64,000 nt of DNA from Clostridia bacterium (GCA_045546275.1 JAZQCM010000042.1:3864-67863), one strand, 5' to 3'; counted from the first letter of the stretch, positions 20,817 through 30,388 are shown. The notes: generated by a model not told the origin, from the letters alone. Made by a program: numbers and translations.

Positions 20817-20843
20817 GGCGAGGGGAGTTGAACCCCTCGCCTT
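20817..20843 (+). terminator. Stem-loop after ispF.
   Basis: gcgaggggagttgaacccctcgcc, directly followed by RBS aaaggaggg of the next gene. Confidence 0.45.
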
Positions 20844-20863
20844 ATAAAAAGGAGGGAACCGGT

Positions 20864-23014
20864 ATGAACATTAAAAAAGCAATTGGCATAGCTTTAGGTG
20901 TGGCGGTATTGAGTTCGGGAATAGTAATCCCCAACGTAAGTGCGCAGGATGTTACTGTGCGCCTTGACGGAAACGAAATTAAAAGCGACAAAGCGGAAAT
21001 AAATAACGGAAGCACAATGGTGCCCATGCGTGCAATTTTTGAAGCATTTGGCATGAATGTGGATTGGAATAACGACGAAAAGAAAATTACTGCAACTAAG
21101 GGCGAAGAAACTGTTTTACTCACTGTTGGCGAAAAAATAATTACCGTTAACGATAAAGAGGTGGAGCTGTCCGTTGCGCCTTACATTAAAGATGGCACAA
21201 CCCTTGTGCCTGTAAGAGCTGTGGCAGAGGGTCTCAACGCAAAAGTCAGCTGGAACAACTACACAAAAAGTGTTGACATTGTAACCGATTTGTACGATAC
21301 TTCCTCTGACAAATGGAAAGAAAACGAAGGTAAAATTGACCTTTCCACCATGACGCATGAGGCTGATGGTGTGCAGATTTTTGACAATGTGGTGGTTGTT
21401 ACAAAGGGCGGTGACTTTACCGTTACAGGCGAAAACACCAATGCAATGATATACGTAAACTCCATTGAAAAAGTGAAGCTTCGCCTTGAAAACGTAAAGC
21501 TTACCAATAATTCAGGCCCTGCAATCTTCTTTGACAATTGCGAGGAAGCTCTTATTACAATTTCAAAGGGCAGCGAAAACTTTTTGGCAGATGGTGAAGA
21601 ATATTCGGTTGATGCAAAGGCAACTATTTTTGCCAACGATGATATTGAAATTAAAGGTGCAGGCGTTTTAAATGTTACAAGTAAAGGCCACCATGCAATA
21701 GCAAGTGACGACGATATTAAAATAGAAGAGGGCACACTTGTTTTAACAGCTGACAAAAAGGACGGTATACACGCTAATAACACCATTAAAATAAAAGGCG
21801 GCAACATTAATGTTACAGCCTACGGTGATGGCATTCAGTCCGAAGAGGACATAGTTATTGAAGATGGCACGATTAACGTGAAAACTACAGGTGAGGTTGC
21901 AAATTCAAACAATGGCTGGGGTGGTGAACCCTTTGGCGGAAGAGGCAATAAAGGTAACCGAAATTGGGAAAACATGCAGAACAAAACTTTTCCTCAAGGC
22001 ACAGAACGCCCTGAAGGAGAAATGATGCCTCCTGAAGGCGGTTTTGCTCCGCCCGAGGGGATGGAACGTCCCGAAGGCATGATGCCTCCTGAAGGTTTTA
22101 CTCCTCCTGAAGGTATTATGCCACCTGATGGTCTAACCCCCATGGAAGAAACTGAAATTGAGGATGAAACTGTAGCAACAAAGGGCATTAAAGCTGAGAC
22201 CGATATTACAATAGAAGGCGGAGAAATTGAGGTTAATGCTGCTGACCATGCAATACATTCTGCAGGCACAATTAATATAAAAGGTGGTAAAATGAACCTT
22301 ACCTCACAAAAGGGCAAGGGCATTTCCGCTCATGGTGATGTTGTAATTGATGACGGAGTTATTAATGTTTTAAAAGCTTCTGAGGGCCTTGAAAGTAAAG
22401 CTAATTTCACAATTAACGGCGGTGAAATTGACATTACAGCTTCCGACGACGGCATTAACGCAGGCGGTACAAGCGGACGTGACGTTGCAAGCAGACAAAA
22501 TGTTAACCTGGAAACGGGTCACGACCTTGTTATTAACGGCGGTAAAATTGTGGTGAATGCTCAAGGTGACGGGCTTGACGCCAACGGCAGAATGATAATA
22601 AAGGGTGGCGAAATTGTTGTGGAAGGCCCCACTAACAACGGCAATGGCGCACTTGACTCCGGTGGTGTTATTTTAACTGAGGGTGGCACACTTATTGCAC
22701 TTGGCGCATCAGGCATGGCGGAAACTCCGTCAAACGAGTCAAGTCAGCCTTCCTTCAGATTGGTAACCGAAAGTAGCATCCCTTCAAATTCACTTATCGA
22801 AATAAGTGATGCATCAGGCAAGGTTATTTATTCTTATAAAACAGTCAAAACAGGTAACAGCGTGGTGTTCTCATCAAAGGAATTGAAAAAGGACGAAACC
22901 TACACTGTTACAATTGGCGAAGCAAAGCACGAAATAACCTTAACAGGCACTGTTACAAACGTTGGTAACGGTGGTGGATTTGGCGGTTTTGGTGGCGGGA
23001 ACCGCAGATGGTAA
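20864..23014 (+). CDS. Secreted protein with an N-terminal copper-amine-oxidase-like stalk domain, parallel beta-helix carbohydrate-binding repeats (Cthe_2159-like), a P-E-G repeat linker and a Gly-rich C-terminus.
   Basis: Start at MNIKKAIGIALGVAVLSSG (signal peptide; RBS aaaggaggg). VRLDGNEIKSDKAEINNGSTMVPMRAIFEAFGM resembles the Cu-amine-oxidase N-terminal domain. Repeated beta-helix rungs DDDIKIEEGTLVLTAD / DGIHANNTIKIKGGNINVTA / DGIQSEEDIVIEDGTINVKT. PEG repeat PPEGGFAPPEGMERPEGMMPPEGFTPPEGIMPPDG. Confidence 0.7.
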   Translation: MNIKKAIGIALGVAVLSSGIVIPNVSAQDVTVRLDGNEIKSDKAEINNGSTMVPMRAIFEAFGMNVDWNNDEKKITATKGEETVLLTVGEKIITVNDKEVELSVAPYIKDGTTLVPVRAVAEGLNAKVSWNNYTKSVDIVTDLYDTSSDKWKENEGKIDLSTMTHEADGVQIFDNVVVVTKGGDFTVTGENTNAMIYVNSIEKVKLRLENVKLTNNSGPAIFFDNCEEALITISKGSENFLADGEEYSVDAKATIFANDDIEIKGAGVLNVTSKGHHAIASDDDIKIEEGTLVLTADKKDGIHANNTIKIKGGNINVTAYGDGIQSEEDIVIEDGTINVKTTGEVANSNNGWGGEPFGGRGNKGNRNWENMQNKTFPQGTERPEGEMMPPEGGFAPPEGMERPEGMMPPEGFTPPEGIMPPDGLTPMEETEIEDETVATKGIKAETDITIEGGEIEVNAADHAIHSAGTINIKGGKMNLTSQKGKGISAHGDVVIDDGVINVLKASEGLESKANFTINGGEIDITASDDGINAGGTSGRDVASRQNVNLETGHDLVINGGKIVVNAQGDGLDANGRMIIKGGEIVVEGPTNNGNGALDSGGVILTEGGTLIALGASGMAETPSNESSQPSFRLVTESSIPSNSLIEISDASGKVIYSYKTVKTGNSVVFSSKELKKDETYTVTIGEAKHEITLTGTVTNVGNGGGFGGFGGGNRRW

Positions 23015-23039
23015 ACAAAAACAGATAAAAATGATAAAA

Positions 23040-23072
23040 AAACCACACAAACCCCTGTTTGTGTGGTTTTTC
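23040..23072 (+). terminator. Rho-independent terminator.
   Basis: aaaaccacacaaacccctgtttgtgtggttttt. Confidence 0.75.
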
Positions 23073-23140
23073 GTTCACAGAGGTTGAAAAAAGCTTAGTT
23101 GTGTGATAAAATGAATTTATTAACAGAGAGGTGATTATGA

Positions 23141-24025
23141 ATGAGTAAGTTTCAGTTATCCTGCGAATCTACAGTTGATATGCCCTATTCCTACGTTACA
23201 GGAAGAGATATATCTGTAGTTTTTTACACCTACATGGTAGATGGTGAGGTTTATGTTGATGACATGGGTCGTGACCCTGAGGCTCTTCCCAATTTCTACA
23301 AAATGCTTGATGCAGGCAAAATGCCCACAACAAGCCAGATTAACCAGTACAATTACGAGGAATATTTTGAAGAGCTTATCGAAAAGGGTGACGTTTTGCA
23401 CCTTGCATTCGGCAGAGGTATGTCCGCTTCTGTTGAAAATGCAATAAGAGCTGCAAAGATTGTTGGCGAAAATCATCCTGACAAAAAAATTATTGTTGTT
23501 GACACTCTTGCCTCCGCATCAGGTTACGGTATGCTTGTTGACTATGCTGCCGACATGCGTGACGAAGGCAAAACAATGGAAGAAATTGAAGCGTGGGTTC
23601 TTGAAAACCGCATGAATGTACATCACCAGATTTTTGCAACAGACCTTTTCCACTTAAAGCGTGGCGGTCGTGTTTCGGGTCCTGCAGCTATGATTGGTAC
23701 AGTTTTGGGTATTTGCCCCATTATGCGACTTAACGAAAAGGGTAGTATTTTAGCTTACGGCAAGGTGAGAAGTAAGAAAAAAGCAATTGCAGAAACTGTT
23801 AAGGCAATGGAAGAACACGTACAGGATGGTTACGACTATTCCGGAAAGTGCTTTATATGTCATGCCGACTGCATTGACGATGCAAACACAGTTAAAGCAT
23901 TAATTGAGGAAAAGTTCAAGAATGTAAATGTTAAGATTTTTGATATAGGTACTATTATTGCGTCCCACACAGGCAGAGGCACACTTGCACTCTTCTTCTT
24001 GGGTGACGACAGAAGTAAGCTTTAA
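23141..24025 (+). CDS. DegV-family (EDD fold) fatty-acid-binding protein.
   Basis: MSKFQLSCESTVDMPYSY...TTSQINQYNYEEYF...IASHTGRGTLALFF. An upstream promoter reads TTGAAA-17-TGaTAAAAT. Confidence 0.85.
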   Translation: MSKFQLSCESTVDMPYSYVTGRDISVVFYTYMVDGEVYVDDMGRDPEALPNFYKMLDAGKMPTTSQINQYNYEEYFEELIEKGDVLHLAFGRGMSASVENAIRAAKIVGENHPDKKIIVVDTLASASGYGMLVDYAADMRDEGKTMEEIEAWVLENRMNVHHQIFATDLFHLKRGGRVSGPAAMIGTVLGICPIMRLNEKGSILAYGKVRSKKKAIAETVKAMEEHVQDGYDYSGKCFICHADCIDDANTVKALIEEKFKNVNVKIFDIGTIIASHTGRGTLALFFLGDDRSKL

Positions 24026-24035
24026 TTAATAATAA

Positions 24036-24078
24036 AAGAGTCGGTAAAAAAGAAGTGTCCTTAAGGACACTTCTTTTT
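24036..24078. terminator. Bidirectional terminator shared by degV and the MFS gene.
   Basis: aaaaagaagtgtccttaaggacacttctttttt. Confidence 0.75.
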
Positions 24079-25236
24079 TACCGATAACGCTGACAATATT
24101 AAAATTAACGGGAAGACTGTTGCGGCTAAAAGTCCTGCATGAATATTTGAATTAAAAAGTGCACTGACAAAGCCTGTAAGAGTGGGACCCGATGAACAGC
24201 CCGCATCTCCTGCAAGTGCCAGAAATGCAAAGAGTGCCGTGCCGCCCTTTGGAAAATATTCTGCCGCCATTGAAAACACCCCCGGCCACAAAATGCCCGA
24301 TGAAAAACCGCAAAGGGCGCAGAATAAAAGTGTTAAGGGAGCATAGGGCGAAAAAGCTATTACAACATAAGACAAAAGGTTTAAAAGTCCGCTTAAAACC
24401 AGGGCTTTTTTTATTTTGAGCTTATGGGAAAACACCGAGTACAAAACCCTTGCAATACCCATCATAAGTGCAAACATACAAATGCCTAAAATATCGCCCA
24501 ACGCCTTTGAAATACCTAATGTGCTTTCGGTAAAGTAGGACGCCCACTGGCTCATTGCCTGTTCACTTGCACCTGCCGAAACCATTAAAAGTACAAATAC
24601 AAAAAAGGTTTTGCTTGAAAAAAGTGATTTAAGGCTCATTTTGCCCTTTTCATCGGTAAGCTGATTTACGGGCACAAACATAAAGAACAAGCCGTTTAAA
24701 ATGGGAATAAGAGCCCAAAAACAGCTTAATACAGGCCAAAAGGCTTTGCCTGCAAAATGCAAAAACAAGGTTGACACAATCACCACTGCCATTGTGCCCC
24801 AGCAGTAAAAGGAATGTAGCAGGCTCATAACCGAAGCCTTGTTTTCGGTTGGACAGCTTTCGGCAATGGGGCTTATTAAAACCTCAATAATGCCACCGCC
24901 AATGGCATAAAGCACAACGGAAAACACAATTACAGCATAGGAATTTGTTGAAAAATTTGGAAGTATGCCTAAGGACAAAAGTCCCAGTGCCGCAAAAGCG
25001 TGTGCAATCACAATTGATTTTTTGTAGCCGATGCGGTCAATAAACATGGGCGAAACAGCGTCCACAAAAAGCTGAACAAGAAAGTTTATTGTTACCAAAA
25101 GGGTAATGTGGGAGAGTGAAATGCCTAAATTTTCGTGAAAAATAAGAAAAAGAAGGGGTGCAAAGTTATTAACCACAGCTTGTGTTATGTAGCCGAAAAA
25201 ACAGGCAATAAGAGTGTGTTTATAGTTAAATTTCAT
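24061..25236 (-). CDS. MFS transporter.
   Basis: About 12 predicted TM helices (391 aa). It is the last gene of the zur-znu operon and overlaps the acetyltransferase stop. Confidence 0.8.
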   Translation of the reverse strand: MKFNYKHTLIACFFGYITQAVVNNFAPLLFLIFHENLGISLSHITLLVTINFLVQLFVDAVSPMFIDRIGYKKSIVIAHAFAALGLLSLGILPNFSTNSYAVIVFSVVLYAIGGGIIEVLISPIAESCPTENKASVMSLLHSFYCWGTMAVVIVSTLFLHFAGKAFWPVLSCFWALIPILNGLFFMFVPVNQLTDEKGKMSLKSLFSSKTFFVFVLLMVSAGASEQAMSQWASYFTESTLGISKALGDILGICMFALMMGIARVLYSVFSHKLKIKKALVLSGLLNLLSYVVIAFSPYAPLTLLFCALCGFSSGILWPGVFSMAAEYFPKGGTALFAFLALAGDAGCSSGPTLTGFVSALFNSNIHAGLLAATVFPLILILSALSVKKKCP

Positions 25237-25852
25237 TTTTTATACTCTCCGGAATTTTCAAATCTTTAAAGTAGTATGTTTTGTCATGTTCGTTTATTTC
25301 ACGAAGTACACGACAAGGATTGCCCACAGCAACAACATTTGAGGGAATGTCCTTTGTTACAACGCTTCCTGCGCCGATAACCGTGCCGTCGCCGATTGTA
25401 ACCCCGGGAAGAATAATGCTTCCTGCACCAATCCAGCAGCATTTGCCGATAGTAACCTTTGCTGCAAACTGACAGCCTGTTGCACGGATGGCAGGGTCAA
25501 TGGGGTGCCCTGCAGTGGCAACTGTAACGTTGGGGCCAAAAAGGGTGCCGTCACCTACGTATATGTGAGTGTCGTCAACCATGGTAAGGTTAAAGTTGGC
25601 ATATACATACTTTCCGAAATGAACAAATTTGCCGCCCCAGTTAGCACGGAAGGGTGGCTCAATGTAACAGCCATCGCCTGCCTCGGCAAGCATTTTCTTT
25701 AACAATTCCTGTCTTTTTTTGATTTCGGTGGGTCTTGTATTGTTAAAATCGTAAAGAGTTTCAAGGCACATTTTCTGCTCTGCCAAAAACTCTCCGCTTT
25801 CAAAATAAAGCTGTGAGGAGTGAACTTTTTCTTTAATAGTGTTAATGTCCAT
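25226..25852 (-). CDS. Sugar O-acetyltransferase with hexapeptide repeats (maltose/galactoside acetyltransferase-like).
   Basis: Left-handed beta-helix hexapeptide repeats (IGDGTVIGAGSVV, IGKCCWIGAGSIILPGVTIG). Confidence 0.85.
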   Translation of the reverse strand: MDINTIKEKVHSSQLYFESGEFLAEQKMCLETLYDFNNTRPTEIKKRQELLKKMLAEAGDGCYIEPPFRANWGGKFVHFGKYVYANFNLTMVDDTHIYVGDGTLFGPNVTVATAGHPIDPAIRATGCQFAAKVTIGKCCWIGAGSIILPGVTIGDGTVIGAGSVVTKDIPSNVVAVGNPCRVLREINEHDKTYYFKDLKIPESIKNEI

Positions 25853-25855
25853 TTT

Positions 25856-26692
25856 TTATCCTTCTTTCTTTAGTGTGAAAAGGTATGTTAAAACAAAAAT
25901 TGTTAAATTTGCAATTACAATGGATGCACCTGTGGGAAGGTCGAGATAGTAGGAAATAATAAGTCCTGCCAGAAAACAACCCACAGAAATCACCGAGGAT
26001 ACACAAATCAGCGATTTAAAGCTTTTCACAATACGCCTGCCTGTAACTGCAGGGAATATGATAAGGCTTGAAATAAGCAGTGTGCCCATAATTCTCATGC
26101 CTATAACAATGGTAAGAGCAGTTAAAAAGGAAATCAAAAACTGATAAAAGCTCACCTTTATACCGCTTGCTTCTGCAAAGCTTTCGTCATAGGTAATAAG
26201 AAAAAGTCGGTTGTAGAACAAAACAAAAATTAAAACCACAACCACAACCAAAACAAGGCTTAAGTACATGTCGTAATTTGTGGTTGCAAGAATACTTCCG
26301 AACATATATTCCGTAGGGTCAATGTTAAAACCATCGGAAAGCCTTGTAATTATAATACCAATTGCCAGCGAACCTGTTGAAACCATGCCTATTGCAGTGT
26401 CGCCGCCTGTGTTTTTCTTTGTAATGCTCATAATAATAAATGATGCAACAATCACAATGGGAATTGTAACTAAAATATGCATGGAAGGGCTAAGCCCCAA
26501 ACAAACTGCAAAACTTACCGCCGCAAAGGAAACGTCCGCCAAGCCGTGCCCAATCATGGAGTAGCGCTTTAAAACAAGAATAACGCCCAAAAGTGCCGAG
26601 CAAAAGGAAATTGAAAGACCTGTTACAAGGGCACGTGACATAAAGGGGAGAGAAAAAAGGTTAATCAGTTCTGCCATATTTTGTCCCTCCAT
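25856..26692 (-). CDS. znuB: Metal (Zn) ABC transporter permease.
   Basis: Eight-TM ABC-3 permease family. It overlaps the ATPase gene. Confidence 0.85.
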   Translation of the reverse strand: MEGQNMAELINLFSLPFMSRALVTGLSISFCSALLGVILVLKRYSMIGHGLADVSFAAVSFAVCLGLSPSMHILVTIPIVIVASFIIMSITKKNTGGDTAIGMVSTGSLAIGIIITRLSDGFNIDPTEYMFGSILATTNYDMYLSLVLVVVVVLIFVLFYNRLFLITYDESFAEASGIKVSFYQFLISFLTALTIVIGMRIMGTLLISSLIIFPAVTGRRIVKSFKSLICVSSVISVGCFLAGLIISYYLDLPTGASIVIANLTIFVLTYLFTLKKEG

Positions 26693-27342
26693 TCGCCCAC
26701 ATCGCCCACAAAGCTTACGTGGGAATTATTCATCATCATAACACGGGTTGCAAATTTTCCGATTGCCTGATAATCGTGCGACGCCATCACTATTGTAACG
26801 CCCTGCTTATTCAAATCGTGATAAAGCGAATAAAGCTGGTCGGAAATTGAACTGTCAAGTCCTGCAAAAGGCTCGTCAAGAAGCATAAGACGAGGGGACT
26901 TACAAAGAGCACGTGCCAATAGTGCACGCTGCTGTTGTCCGCCCGACAAATTTCCGATACGCGTGGAGGCGAATTTCTCCATCCCAAGTCTCACCATGGA
27001 TTCCTCCGCCTTTAATTTATCCTCCTTTGAATAAAAGGGGAGCTTTTTGCCCGGCTTTTGTGTGCCCGAAAGAATAATTTCCCATACTGTTGCAGGAAAA
27101 TCACGGTCAGCTTTATTTATCTGTGAAAGATAGGAAATCTGCTCTTTGGGGAAATGAATGTGCAAGTGCCCCTTTTTCAAAGGTGCAAGACCAATAATCC
27201 CCTTTAAAAGAGTGGATTTACCGCTTCCGTTACTACCTGCAATGCAAAAATAATCGCCCTCGTTCACATTAAAGGTGGCATCATCAACGGCAATCACATT
27301 GCCGTAGTTTATTGTTACGTTTTTTGCTGTTAAAATTTCCAT
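26665..27342 (-). CDS. znuC: Metal (Zn) ABC transporter ATP-binding protein.
   Basis: Walker A GSNGSGKST, signature LSGGQQQRA, Walker B LLLDEP. Confidence 0.9.
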   Translation of the reverse strand: MEILTAKNVTINYGNVIAVDDATFNVNEGDYFCIAGSNGSGKSTLLKGIIGLAPLKKGHLHIHFPKEQISYLSQINKADRDFPATVWEIILSGTQKPGKKLPFYSKEDKLKAEESMVRLGMEKFASTRIGNLSGGQQQRALLARALCKSPRLMLLDEPFAGLDSSISDQLYSLYHDLNKQGVTIVMASHDYQAIGKFATRVMMMNNSHVSFVGDVGEWRDKIWQN

Positions 27343-27344
27343 CG

Positions 27345-28238
27345 TTAAAGCCCCTTTCGGAGGTTTTCAAGGTTTTCCGTCATAATTGATAAAAAGGTTT
27401 TCCCTGCTTCACGGTCCTCTTTATTAAGGTTGTGGCAGGAATGAATGGGTAAAACCAAAGCAGAATTGTTGGAGGCAATTTCCTTTGCAACCTTGGGGTC
27501 GGAGTATTCCTCGCAATACACCACCTTAGTGTTGTTATCTTTTACAAACATGGAAAGGTTTTTAATGTCTTCAATGCTTGGCTCGCTGTTGGCACTGCAG
27601 GAATCGTATGCCGATTTGTAGCTTACGTTATACTTTCTCACAAGGTAACCAAGGGCAAATTTGCCACCAAAAACAATTGTTTTGTCGCTTGAAGAAAATG
27701 CCTCATGGTATGCTTGGTCAAGTGCAGTTAATTCATTTTTGTAGCTTTCGCAGTTTAAGGTGAAATACTCTTTGTTTTCGGGTGAAATAAAGCAAAGTGC
27801 ATTCAAAATGTTGTCGCACATTGTTTTTGCATTGTCAAAATCAAGCCAGATGTGAGGGTCAAGAGCGTGCTCGTGCTCCCGGTGACTATTTTCGTCTATA
27901 ACTGCATTTTCCGACGCATTTACAATATTAACGCTGTCGCCAACAGAGGATGCAATTGCACCCGCCCAGGGCTCCATTGTATCGCCTGTGTAAATAAAAA
28001 GGTCGCTTTTTGAAATGGCTACCATGTCCGAAGGAGAGGGGTCGTAGTGATGGCTTTCCTGCCCGGGAGGAAGAAGTAAGGTAACTTCCACCTTGTCGCC
28101 GCCAATCTGACGGACAAAATCATACTGCGGAAAAAGGGTTGCCACAACAGTAATTTTGTCGGAAGTTGTGTTTTCTTGTGTGCAGCCTGCAAAGGGCAAA
28201 AGGGCAAAAATAAGAAAAATTGCCAAAAGCTTTTTCAT
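27345..28238 (-). CDS. znuA: Zinc ABC transporter substrate-binding lipoprotein (ZnuA/TroA-like).
   Basis: Start chosen at MKKLLAIFLIFALLPFAGC (lipobox). His-rich loop DENSHREHEHALDPH is typical of ZnuA. The listed ORF begins at an upstream TTG. Confidence 0.85.
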   Translation of the reverse strand: MKKLLAIFLIFALLPFAGCTQENTTSDKITVVATLFPQYDFVRQIGGDKVEVTLLLPPGQESHHYDPSPSDMVAISKSDLFIYTGDTMEPWAGAIASSVGDSVNIVNASENAVIDENSHREHEHALDPHIWLDFDNAKTMCDNILNALCFISPENKEYFTLNCESYKNELTALDQAYHEAFSSSDKTIVFGGKFALGYLVRKYNVSYKSAYDSCSANSEPSIEDIKNLSMFVKDNNTKVVYCEEYSDPKVAKEIASNNSALVLPIHSCHNLNKEDREAGKTFLSIMTENLENLRKGL

Positions 28239-28239
28239 A

Positions 28240-28650
28240 TTACACACCTGCCTTTTTACAATCACGGCACTTGCCGTAAAAAACAGTTTTGGAGCAGTCA
28301 ATTTCAAAACCGTGGCTGTCAAGGGCACTTTGTGCAAAGGAGTCGGTAATTTCCTTTGCAATATGCTCCAGCTTTCCGCAAGTATCGCACATTAAGTGGT
28401 AGTGGCCCATGCAATGGCTGTTTTCGCCAATATACTGGTAATAGGCGGTGTTTTTTTCGCCCATTGTGTATTTTTTAACCTTGCCCGACTCTTCCATTTC
28501 TCTTAAAAAGCGGTAAACGGTTGCTCTGCCGACTTTTTCGCCACCCTCGTGCAAAAGAGAAATAACGTCCTCGGCAGTAATATGGTGAGGGTTATTTTCC
28601 AAAACCTCTAATATTTTATTTTTTTGCTTTGTATTGTGATGAACAGGCAT
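28240..28650 (-). CDS. zur: Fur-family metalloregulator (Zur-like by context).
   Basis: HHITAEDVISLLHEGGEKVGRATVYRFL (winged HTH), HCMGHYHLMCDTCGK...CRDCKK (CxxC x2). It is the first gene of the znu operon. Start chosen at MPVHHN. Confidence 0.75.
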   Translation of the reverse strand: MPVHHNTKQKNKILEVLENNPHHITAEDVISLLHEGGEKVGRATVYRFLREMEESGKVKKYTMGEKNTAYYQYIGENSHCMGHYHLMCDTCGKLEHIAKEITDSFAQSALDSHGFEIDCSKTVFYGKCRDCKKAGV

Positions 28651-28659
28651 TTTAAATAC

Positions 28660-28720
28660 CCCTTTCAAATTGAAATTGAAAATGAGACCATGTATCAGTA
28701 TATAATAAAGAAAAAGAAAA
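28660..28720 (-). promoter_or_regulatory. Promoter and leader of the zur-znuACB operon, with an 11-bp palindrome that is a candidate operator.
   Basis: Read on the minus strand: TTGACT-17 nt-TATACT. The -35 lies in the 3' arm of the era terminator. The perfect palindrome TTCAAATTGAA (top-strand about 28664-28674) sits between the -10 and the RBS. Confidence 0.4.
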
Positions 28721-28749
28721 GTCAACAAAAAGCCGACTTTTCTTCTTAT
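28721..28749 (-). terminator. Terminator of era.
   Basis: gaaaagtcggctttttgttgacttttc followed by a T-run (minus-strand reading). Confidence 0.6.
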
Positions 28750-28754
28750 ACTTA

Positions 28755-29657
28755 TTATTCTTCGTTTTCCTTGTAGCCGAATTCCTTCAAAAGGAAGTTG
28801 GAATTACGCCAGTCTTCCTTAACCTTTACCCAAAGCTCCAAGAACACCTTTTTGTCAAGAAGCTTTTCAATGTCACTACGTGCAAAGGAGCCGATTTTCT
28901 TAAGCATTTCGCCGCCTTTGCCAATAACAATGCCCTTGTGGCTTGCCTTTTCACAAAAGATAACAGCGCCGATTTTTGTAAGGGTGTCGCCCTCTTTCAT
29001 ATACTCAATTTCAACTGCTGTACCATGGGGCACTTCTTTGTCAAGGAGTCGGAGCATTTTTTCGCGGATAATTTCCGCAACAATTTCTCTTTCGGTCTGG
29101 TCGGTAATCATGTCTTCGGGGTAGTACATGGGGCCAACGGGAAGAATGCTTTTAATTTCGGAAAGCACATGCTTTATGCCGTCCTTTTTAAGGGCGGAAA
29201 TCGGAATAACAGCCTTAAATTCACCAAATTCCGATGCATCGGCAATCTGCTTTAACATATCCTCCTTGTTTTTAAGGGTGTCGGCTTTGTTAATAATTAA
29301 AATAACAGGGAGCTTTTTATTAAAAAGGTCAGAAAGGATTTCCTTTTCGTTATTAAGAAGGCTGTTTCCTGCTTCGGTAACAAAAAGCACCAAATCTACC
29401 TCCGCCACAGCGTCGGTAACAACCTTGTTCATGTATTCGCCCAGCTTTGTTCTGGGGGCGTGTACACCGGGAGTGTCCACAAATATAATCTGCGAATCAT
29501 CATCTGTAAGAATTGTTAAAACCTTGTTTCGTGTGGTTTGGGGTTTGTTTGAAACAATTGCAATTTTTTCTCCTGTAAGGGCGTTTAACAAAGTGGATTT
29601 ACCCACATTGGGTCTGCCTACTATTGTGACAAAGCCTGATTTAAAATTGTTTTCCAT
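28755..29657 (-). CDS. era: GTPase Era.
   Basis: GFVTIVGRPNVGKSTLLNAL (G1), DTPG (G3), NKAD (G4). C-terminal KH domain. Confidence 0.95.
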   Translation of the reverse strand: MENNFKSGFVTIVGRPNVGKSTLLNALTGEKIAIVSNKPQTTRNKVLTILTDDDSQIIFVDTPGVHAPRTKLGEYMNKVVTDAVAEVDLVLFVTEAGNSLLNNEKEILSDLFNKKLPVILIINKADTLKNKEDMLKQIADASEFGEFKAVIPISALKKDGIKHVLSEIKSILPVGPMYYPEDMITDQTEREIVAEIIREKMLRLLDKEVPHGTAVEIEYMKEGDTLTKIGAVIFCEKASHKGIVIGKGGEMLKKIGSFARSDIEKLLDKKVFLELWVKVKEDWRNSNFLLKEFGYKENEE

Positions 29658-29667
29658 GTTACTACTC

Positions 29668-29988
29668 CTATATGTTCATTTGTTTTTTGATAAGTGAAAG
29701 TGAATTTGTCATGCTGTCGCGCTGTGCCTCGCTTATGTAGCCAAGTGAAAAAAGCGCCGATAAATCAAGTGAAAATGCATCTGCTTTTAAAGAAGCGGTT
29801 TTTCTCAGCGTAGCAACCTCGGCCTTTGAAAGAATGGGGTTTGAAAAGGAAAAAATCGCCACTGAAAGCTCATGAGCGGTGCCAAAAAGTTTTTTTGAAA
29901 TAAGCTCCTCGTTTTTTTCATTGCCTAAAAATTCGCACAGGTTAGTGCATTTAACCAAAAAATCCGTTACAAGTGTTTTTTCGTCCAT
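29668..29988 (-). CDS. Hypothetical 106-aa protein.
   Basis: ORF in the era-dgkA interval with tight spacing to its neighbours. No recognisable motifs. Confidence 0.45.
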   Translation of the reverse strand: MDEKTLVTDFLVKCTNLCEFLGNEKNEELISKKLFGTAHELSVAIFSFSNPILSKAEVATLRKTASLKADAFSLDLSALFSLGYISEAQRDSMTNSLSLIKKQMNI

Positions 29989-29989
29989 A

Positions 29990-30388
29990 TTAACCTCCTA
30001 TAATTTTCAAAAGGTCAAGTCCGTAGGGCACAAATATGTAAAGCCCTACCACAGCGCACATAATTGCAATAATTAAAACCGCAGTTGAGGCAATGTCCTT
30101 TGCTTGTCCTGCAAGAGGGTGATACTCATCTGTTACAAGGTCAACAATACGCTCTAAGCTGCTGTTTACAGCCTCAGCAAAAATGCAAAGTGCAGTTAAA
30201 ATAAAAACCACACACCTTTCCCATTTTAAAAGGGGAAAAACAAGTGAGCAAATAATAACCAGTATTGCCATTACAATGTCGAACTTAAAATTGCGCTCAG
30301 TTGTAACAAGGTGCTTAAAGCCTTTAATTGCACAGGATAAGCTTGCAATAAAATTCCTGTTTTTCACACTGTCACCTCTATCTGACAA
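29990..30388 (-). CDS. dgkA: Diacylglycerol/undecaprenol kinase (prokaryotic DAGK family, integral membrane).
   Basis: Three-TM protein of 132 aa with ...SSLERIVDLVTDEYHPLAGQAKDIASTAVL. Confidence 0.85.
   Translation of the reverse strand: MSDRGDSVKNRNFIASLSCAIKGFKHLVTTERNFKFDIVMAILVIICSLVFPLLKWERCVVFILTALCIFAEAVNSSLERIVDLVTDEYHPLAGQAKDIASTAVLIIAIMCAVVGLYIFVPYGLDLLKIIGG

Noticed and set aside
21259-22323. Minus-strand ORFs of 182 aa and 109 aa inside the beta-helix protein gene.
   Set aside because: These are antisense translations of a repetitive coding region.
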